Shown: one piece after another, positions 48,575 to 54,412 of the stretch
Layout of the letters: each line of letters starts with the position of its first letter
Position numbering within the stretch: the first letter of the stretch is position 1
DNA from: a virus
Taxonomy: Duplodnaviria > Caudoviricetes
Strand: one strand, 5' to 3'
IMG/VR virus record: IMGVR_UViG_3300025543_000034
Location: 1-54,412 of that record
Length of the DNA stretch: 54,412 nt
The notes under the pieces: generated by a model
Told to the model about the DNA's origin: nothing
Seen by the model: the letters and a program-made list of their open reading frames with translations, nothing else
The model's database searches: none
Made by a program: the position numbers and the translations under genes

Positions 48575-51500
48575 TTAATTCATTACAACTGTTGCATTGT
48601 TTTGTCCAAAACCTAAGTCAATTGTAATACCTATTTTCTGTGCACCAAGACCAGTTGGTGTTATAGTACATTTTATTCTTGTATTAGATGTGTCATCTTC
48701 AAAAGCTACTGTAAAATCATTTGAACCATCTGGTCCTGTATCTAATATTTTATTATATATTGGAAATCCTGGTCCATATGTGCAAACAACTGTATATTTT
48801 TTTGCAACAGCACAAACTGTAGATGTATCACTAGTAAGCATTACATCAAATACCATAGAACCTGTTGTTGCTCTATCTATTGTAAAAGCGACTCCTGCTA
48901 CACCAGCATTTCCAGTTGTATATAGTTTAGTAAATTGTCCGCCTTTACCTGTTCCACCACCACCACCACCATGGATTATATGACCATCAACAGTTAAGTT
49001 ACCGTCGATTTCTACGTTACCTGTAAAAGTTGAATCCTTGTAAAAAGTTATAGTGTCAGCAGTGTCTTCTGTAAATCTCATAAATTCAGAACCACCAACG
49101 AAAAATCTTAATCTATCAGCTATGTCTTCAGAAATATAAGTATTACCTCCATTATCAAAAAATAGTTGACTACCAGTTGCTATATTTACATTTCCTGTAA
49201 AAGTACCAGCTCCTGTTACAGTAACCCCTGTACTTGTAGTTGCAAACTTTACTACATTATTAAAATAAAGTTGTACTGCATCATCTGTGTCAGCCCTTAA
49301 CATTTGCTCACTACCTGCTGCGTTTAATACCCTAAAAGTATCTGTTTTAATTAAAAGACCACCTGTACTATTTATTATTTGGCTATTAGTTCCATCGTGG
49401 TAGATTTGAAGGTCTTGCGATGCGCCAAATTTAATCTTACCATTAGCACCGTCATTGTACATCAATATATCTTTATTGACCATTAATGATGTAATTCCAC
49501 CATCTAATCTTAAGTATTCAGTAACACCACCACTACCATCATCGTTTCTAAATATTATATCTCCGTCATCAGTATTTTGTGTAAAATATAAATCACCTGT
49601 ATAATTTTCTATGTTACTGTTATTTGTAGTACCGTTGTGATATAATCTAAGATCATCAGAAGTACCAAATTTAGCTTTTTTATCATCATCCCACTTTACA
49701 TCTTGTAAAAACCTACTTTGAGCTTGACCACCATCTAATTGAAAATAAATAGTATCTCCACCTGATCCATCATCTGAAGCAAAGCTAATATCTCCATCAT
49801 CTTGCAATTGTGTAAACTGTAAGTTACCTGTTAGGTTTGTTATTTGAGAGTCTGTTCCATTATGTTGAATACTTAAATCATTTCCAGCGCCAAACTTTAC
49901 AGCTTGACTATCAGCCATAAGTATATCATTAGCACCTGATGTATTACCAACAGCTAATACTGCTGATAAAGATCTAGCAGGGTCTAATGCAATTAAGTTT
50001 GCAACTGTAGTTTTCTTTATGTTATTATCTGTAGCATCACTAAACCAAACCGTGTCTGTTGTAGCAATCGCATTTTCTTGAGGCGCTGATAATATAGCAT
50101 TGTCAGTACCTAAATAATCTATAGCTACAGTAGGATCTGCAGCGGTACCACCAATTGTAATACCAGTTCCAGCTGTTACACTTGTAACTGTACCTGTAGT
50201 AGGTGTTGTCCATGTGTTAACTGAAGCAGAGCCACCACCTGATGTTAGTACTTGACCAGCTGTACCGTAAGTGTTAGCGCCTAAACTAATTCCTTCGTTT
50301 ATTCTAACCGCTTCTTCAAATACAGCAGGACCTTTAACAGTTGTACTATCTGTATCAGCATCACCAAGCGTTGTATTACCTTCAACTACTAAATTACCAG
50401 AGTTGCCTATAGTAACAGTAGAACCATCATCAGCTATTAGACCAGTTGCTAAAGTATTAGATCCAGTCCATTTAGCTATTTTATTTGCTGTACCACTTCC
50501 AAGTATAGCAGAAGTGTTATCTATTTTTTGCCAAGTATCAGTTGCCCCGACTTCTACAAATATAGCCCAGTCACCAACTTGCCAATCTGTAATACCATCT
50601 AAGTTCGTAGTACCAGCAACGCTTACAATATAAAATTCACCTGTAACACCAGTACCACTAGTAAGCGTCGGTGTATTAGTACTAGCATTCCATGTTCCTT
50701 TATATACAAGACCTTGTGGTATACCAGTGATTTGACCTTGTAATTTTGCCATTGCATCAAGTATGCTATCAGACGCGGCGATTGCAGCAGATGTTGGAGT
50801 AGGTAAGTTTGTTAAAACTTTACTAGTAACAGTTGTATCAGCTATTGTAGTTGCTATATTAAGTGCACCACCTGATGTATAAGTATAAGGACCACCGGTT
50901 GATGTTGTGTCACCCGTAAGCGCTATTGCTCCAGAAGTAGCTAAAGCTGTCGCTGTACTCGCATTACCAGTTAAAGCACCTACAAAAACAGTGGATGTAA
51001 TACTTGCATAACCTGTGTATGTACCAGCTGAACCAGTAAATGTACCATCTGTTAATACACCACCAACTTCTAATTCACCACCTATAGCTACTTTACCAGT
51101 TGCACCACCTGCAAACGTAAAACCTGCAGCACCTGTCAATGTATCAGTGTCAGACCAGTATGTAACTTGATTAGCTGCACCAGAACCATCTGGCACACCT
51201 GTGGTAGCAATTGTTAAATCATAGTTAGCAGCATCCCAAGTTGTTGTTATATTAGTACCATCGGTTACAGTCATTGCTGTACCGCTTGGTATACTAGTTC
51301 CTTCGTAACTCCAAGTGTATAAAGGTAGTTCAGTCACCCAGTTTGTACCAGAACCTGTAGAAGATAATATTTGACCTGCAGTTCCTACATCACCACTTGA
51401 ATCTGTATATGTACCTGAGTTTACTAAGCTAGCAAATGTACCTGATGTTGTAGCTTGAAAAGCTCCAGTTACCTTAGCACCACCTGCTAATGTTTCTATT

Positions 51501-52285
51501 TTCTTATCACCCGCATGGTATAATTCTACAGCACCAGCAGCGCTAGCACTTATTGTTTGAGTTGTATCTGCTTCATCTCTTACAGATAATAAACTAGTTT
51601 GTAATTTTAAAGCACCAGGACTTCTGTCTATTACTATACTATTAGCACTATCACTGTATATTTCAAAGTTATCAACAGCTGTAGTACCCATTAATATTTT
51701 CGATGTGTCAGTAAAAGTAATATCGTCACCTGCAGAAACCACTATATCAGAACCACCAGTCGTATTACCATTAGCTAATACCTCTTGTAATGTATCGTAC
51801 AGCCCTACTTTATTATCTACATATGTTTTAATAGCTAGCGTACTTACTACATTGTCATTTTGAGCTCCAGTTAAATTAGAGTTAGTTATTAAACCAGTTC
51901 CAGATATTGGACCACTTATAACTAAAGCGCTTAATGTACCTAGCGATGTAATGTTTGGTTGAGCAGGTGTTGCTATCGTACCTGTAAATTCAGTAGATGT
52001 TATGTTTGTAAATCCAGTACCTGTTGTTCCAGATACTGTTACGCCTCCTGTTGTCACAAAACCTCCACCTCTAAAAGAGTTGTTTGTTAAGTTTATATCT
52101 ACACCTGTAGCTGTATTACCAAGATTTAAAACAAACTGCAAATCTCCAGTTGCTGTTGTTACAAGATCAATAATACTTTGTACTGTGAAATTTTTTGTGG
52201 GTTTACCAGGCACACTAACATCTGTTCCTAATACAAGGTCTGTTTTTTCTGGAGTAACCGTAGGATATGAATATATTATCGCCAT
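48575..52285 (-). CDS. Long tail fibre/spike
   Basis: MAIIYSYP start; LQEVLANGNTT, KGTWNASTNTPTL and FG...DL.IYH.GT.S.I repeats. Confidence 0.8.
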   Translation of the reverse strand: MAIIYSYPTVTPEKTDLVLGTDVSVPGKPTKNFTVQSIIDLVTTATGDLQFVLNLGNTATGVDINLTNNSFRGGGFVTTGGVTVSGTTGTGFTNITSTEFTGTIATPAQPNITSLGTLSALVISGPISGTGLITNSNLTGAQNDNVVSTLAIKTYVDNKVGLYDTLQEVLANGNTTGGSDIVVSAGDDITFTDTSKILMGTTAVDNFEIYSDSANSIVIDRSPGALKLQTSLLSVRDEADTTQTISASAAGAVELYHAGDKKIETLAGGAKVTGAFQATTSGTFASLVNSGTYTDSSGDVGTAGQILSSTGSGTNWVTELPLYTWSYEGTSIPSGTAMTVTDGTNITTTWDAANYDLTIATTGVPDGSGAANQVTYWSDTDTLTGAAGFTFAGGATGKVAIGGELEVGGVLTDGTFTGSAGTYTGYASITSTVFVGALTGNASTATALATSGAIALTGDTTSTGGPYTYTSGGALNIATTIADTTVTSKVLTNLPTPTSAAIAASDSILDAMAKLQGQITGIPQGLVYKGTWNASTNTPTLTSGTGVTGEFYIVSVAGTTNLDGITDWQVGDWAIFVEVGATDTWQKIDNTSAILGSGTANKIAKWTGSNTLATGLIADDGSTVTIGNSGNLVVEGNTTLGDADTDSTTVKGPAVFEEAVRINEGISLGANTYGTAGQVLTSGGGSASVNTWTTPTTGTVTSVTAGTGITIGGTAADPTVAIDYLGTDNAILSAPQENAIATTDTVWFSDATDNNIKKTTVANLIALDPARSLSAVLAVGNTSGANDILMADSQAVKFGAGNDLSIQHNGTDSQITNLTGNLQFTQLQDDGDISFASDDGSGGDTIYFQLDGGQAQSRFLQDVKWDDDKKAKFGTSDDLRLYHNGTTNNSNIENYTGDLYFTQNTDDGDIIFRNDDGSGGVTEYLRLDGGITSLMVNKDILMYNDGANGKIKFGASQDLQIYHDGTNSQIINSTGGLLIKTDTFRVLNAAGSEQMLRADTDDAVQLYFNNVVKFATTSTGVTVTGAGTFTGNVNIATGSQLFFDNGGNTYISEDIADRLRFFVGGSEFMRFTEDTADTITFYKDSTFTGNVEIDGNLTVDGHIIHGGGGGGTGKGGQFTKLYTTGNAGVAGVAFTIDRATTGSMVFDVMLTSDTSTVCAVAKKYTVVCTYGPGFPIYNKILDTGPDGSNDFTVAFEDDTSNTRIKCTITPTGLGAQKIGITIDLGFGQNNATVVMN

Positions 52286-52286
52286 G

Positions 52287-52910
52287 TTATTGTAATTTTG
52301 TTATGATTAGTTGTGCAGGTGGTACATCTGTTCCCCACGCAGCGTCAGTAACTTGATTAGCTAACTGACCAGCAGCACCTGATGTTGGGTTTTGCATCCA
52401 TAAATAGTAGTATGCTGTAGAAGGTATCTGTATATAACTGTTTATTTCTATACGATGCCTTTCTAGTGTATTATTTGATAAGAACCTTGTTGTGGATGTT
52501 GGTCCTACTTGAGTACCATTTGAATCCACCATTTTAAAGTTTAGTATAACATTGTTATTAATAGCTCCTTGGCCATAATATATCTGTTGTATGCTGTATG
52601 CACCTTTAAGGTTGAACGTTATTCTACCATCAGCTCCCAACATGACTGCACTTGTGCCCGTACCCTGCGCTGCACCAAACGTAATTATAGATCCAGTGTT
52701 GTTATTTCCTGGGTCAAACGTATTGTTTGGATTAAATGCTGATAATTGCTGTACATACTGTTGATCAACTAGTAGTTTTATGTCGTTTAGAGTGTATTGT
52801 ACCGTGGGATTGCCTTCTACTGGTTGCCCAATGGAATCTACGGTGTTAGATCCTAGTACTTTGTCGCCAAGTTGTGGAGTTAATACAGGATATGAGGAGA
52901 TTATTGCCAT
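52287..52910 (-). CDS. Short fibre/spike-related protein
   Basis: MAIISSYP N-terminus and V.GNPTV motif shared with 36084-41105; C1q/BclA-like beta C-terminus (inference). Confidence 0.6.
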   Translation of the reverse strand: MAIISSYPVLTPQLGDKVLGSNTVDSIGQPVEGNPTVQYTLNDIKLLVDQQYVQQLSAFNPNNTFDPGNNNTGSIITFGAAQGTGTSAVMLGADGRITFNLKGAYSIQQIYYGQGAINNNVILNFKMVDSNGTQVGPTSTTRFLSNNTLERHRIEINSYIQIPSTAYYYLWMQNPTSGAAGQLANQVTDAAWGTDVPPAQLIITKLQ

Positions 52911-52970
52911 TTTTCTTTTTTTTATTGCATTATTCTAAAACGGGCTTGTGTTGAAGCGCGCTATGGTTAG

Positions 52971-52999
52971 TAATATTACAGGTTTTGCACTGATTTTAC
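52971..52999 (-). promoter_or_regulatory. Putative late promoter at the head of the structural block
   Basis: GTAA-N16-GTAATATTA. Confidence 0.55.
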
Positions 53000-53216
53000 T
53001 ACTATATAGAGACGTATATCCCAATAGTGTGACAATAGCCTGTTACTATTATACCTTAATAGCCTTATGTCACAGTTTTCATTCTGAAAAGCTGTTATTT
53101 ATATAGAAGTATTGTGTTGCTACTATCCTCCTGACTATCAGCCTGTTACGGAAAACGCATATTTTTTAGCCCACGGGCCTCTTTTTCTCACTATTTCACA
53201 AAAATGTTTTACCTTT

Positions 53217-53252
53217 TTACAAACATAATACGACTACATGTAGATAATATAA
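53217..53252 (+). promoter_or_regulatory. Putative early promoter, copy 1
   Basis: TTACAAAC-AT-AATACGA-CTACATGT-AGATAATATAA. Confidence 0.8.
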
Positions 53253-53277
53253 ATGTAACTAAAAAACAATATACAAT

Positions 53278-53415
53278 ATGACTAATCATTTAAACAATCA
53301 AGATATTCTCACTCAAATCAGAATACTATTTCCATACGACAATACAATGTGTAAAGAAAAGTACAATGAAACAATACAAGATTATCTATATGAAGAAATA
53401 ATAAGTAAATTGTAG
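53278..53415 (+). CDS. Small early protein (not in ORF track)
   Basis: MTNHLNNQDILTQIRILFPYDNTMCKEKYNETIQDYLYEEIISKL downstream of motif copy 1. Confidence 0.55.
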   Translation: MTNHLNNQDILTQIRILFPYDNTMCKEKYNETIQDYLYEEIISKL

Positions 53416-53503
53416 TAATTAATTAAATATAATGTAAGTTAATTAGCACTCGCGTGCCATACCTCTTACACACTAATGTTAACTAAACAAATATACACTA
53501 ACA

Positions 53504-53539
53504 TTACAAACTAAATACGACAACAACAAGATAATATAA
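53504..53539 (+). promoter_or_regulatory. Putative early promoter, copy 2
   Basis: TTACAAAC-TA-AATACGA-CAACAACA-AGATAATATAA. Confidence 0.8.
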
Positions 53540-53570
53540 ATGTAAACTAATAATAAATAAATATAATAAT

Positions 53571-53798
53571 ATGAGTAATTTAATTTCAAAAAGATTTGTC
53601 ATCAGACAGTCACTAGTAGGTAAAAATGTAACTATCGAATTCACTAACAAAAAAGGTAAAAAGTATGTGTACAATCACGACAAAGCGTACAACATTATGA
53701 AAAGTAATCTAGAAAAAATGGCGTGTTTCAACAAATACAAGTCTTACACTGCAACTAATAATATTCCAGTTGTACTACGTGATAAAGAATTAGTGTAG
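53571..53798 (+). CDS. Small basic early protein
   Basis: 75-aa ORF after motif copy 2 with an A-rich leader. Confidence 0.75.
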   Translation: MSNLISKRFVIRQSLVGKNVTIEFTNKKGKKYVYNHDKAYNIMKSNLEKMACFNKYKSYTATNNIPVVLRDKELV

Positions 53799-53850
53799 TC
53801 ACTACTGCGAGTTCCACTTGTTTCTAACAGTATAAATTGCGAACAAGTAA

Positions 53851-53891
53851 TGACATAATGGTTTATGTGAGTTCGATTCTCACCATGTCAA
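53851..53891 (+). ncRNA. tRNA-like minihelix (acceptor-like stem plus T-arm)
   Basis: TGACAT/ATGTCA stem enclosing GTGAG-TTCGATT-CTCAC. Confidence 0.55.
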
Positions 53892-53913
53892 CTAACAATA
53901 TAAATATAATAAT

Positions 53914-54048
53914 ATGAGATGGACACTTAATACCCATTACGCTAAAGATATAGATCTTACTTGGGCAATAGTTCGCCAAATGTCTGGTGAACTAACAAGA
54001 GCAGACGTAGAAGGCATAATTTTAACACACCAATTTAATTCAATATAA
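53914..54048 (+). CDS. Small early protein (not in ORF track)
   Basis: MRWTLNTHYAKDIDLTWAIVRQMSGELTRADVEGIILTHQFNSI; same 18-nt start context as 53571. Confidence 0.6.
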   Translation: MRWTLNTHYAKDIDLTWAIVRQMSGELTRADVEGIILTHQFNSI

Positions 54049-54049
54049 T

Positions 54050-54244
54050 ATGGAAGAAATAAAAACATTTACAGGTGCAGAACTAGAAACGATGTTAAAA
54101 ATGGATGAAGCGATCAACGCTGTTCATAATCATGAAGTATTTATGCATCACTTACCAGATAACGGTTCACTAATACTATCAATAATAAACACTATTGCAT
54201 TAATATATGTAATTTACAAACAGAATACGAATAAAGTAAGATAA
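54050..54244 (+). CDS. Small early protein with C-terminal TM segment
   Basis: LILSIINTIALIYVIY hydrophobic stretch. Confidence 0.6.
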   Translation: MEEIKTFTGAELETMLKMDEAINAVHNHEVFMHHLPDNGSLILSIINTIALIYVIYKQNTNKVR

Positions 54245-54249
54245 TATAA
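54214..54249 (+). promoter_or_regulatory. Putative early promoter, copy 3
   Basis: TTACAAAC-AG-AATACGA-ATAAAGTA-AGATAATATAA. Confidence 0.8.
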
Positions 54250-54251
54250 GT

Positions 54252-54412
54252 ATGAATAAACAATTTAAAGACTATCCCGCTTCACAAATCAAAGCAAAGT
54301 TACAACAATGTCTTGACTATGAAGCAAAATACGGTGAAATACCACAAGTTACTGCTGTGAAAAAATGGTGTCAAAGCTATGAGTATCGCAAGCGTGAGTG
54401 GCAATGGCGACA
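54252..54412 (+). CDS. Early protein, truncated by the window end
   Basis: MNKQFKDYPASQIKAKLQQCLDYEAKYGEIPQVTAVKKWCQSYEYRKREWQWR.. open to the end. Confidence 0.65.
   Translation, partial: MNKQFKDYPASQIKAKLQQCLDYEAKYGEIPQVTAVKKWCQSYEYRKREWQWR

Noticed and set aside
36084-52910. Diversity-generating retroelement or invertase shufflon acting on the fibres
   Set aside because: No reverse transcriptase or invertase in the window, no adenine-specific TR/VR pair seen, and all modules are in the same orientation
53851-53891. Functional tRNA gene
   Set aside because: No D or anticodon arm and too short; kept only as a tRNA-like element
53217-54249. Repeated motif considered as a CRISPR array
   Set aside because: Copies are hundreds of bases apart, separated by ORFs, with variable internal positions; no cas genes

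Overview
AT-rich (roughly 30% GC by eye) dsDNA tailed-phage segment. By inference it is an uncultured podovirus-like phage of Bacteroidota/Flavobacteriia: it lacks Shine-Dalgarno sites, has A/T-rich start regions, and its TerL/portal/capsid/ring/nozzle order resembles crAss-like and Cellulophaga phages. Positions 41-52910 form one minus-strand morphogenesis block. In transcription order it holds six tail-fibre/spike genes (three with S74 chaperone ends), GroEL/GroES, a cluster of small basic proteins with an M15 endolysin, zincin and 3TM holin, a tandem GroES-like protein, TerS/TerL, portal, scaffold, major capsid, tail rings, a two-part nozzle, three probable ejected proteins, and small exported proteins. 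From about 53.2 kb a divergent plus-strand cluster of short ORFs begins. Most notable observations: (1) the 2508-aa probable ejected protein has zincin, sigma-70 region-2-like and PD-(D/E)xK-like motifs, and the plus-strand ORFs carry a strict non-host promoter-like motif (TTACAAAC-N2-AATACGA-N8-AGATAATATAA, three copies), suggesting an injected sigma factor system; (2) tail-fibre GNVGIGT/ERMRI junctions are conserved at DNA level with CpG-rich codons, suggesting cassette shuffling; (3) a second minus-strand promoter-like motif, often followed by hairpins; (4) a tRNA-like minihelix; (5) a long +1-frame ORF inside TerL. All functional calls come from motif recognition by eye, without database searches.
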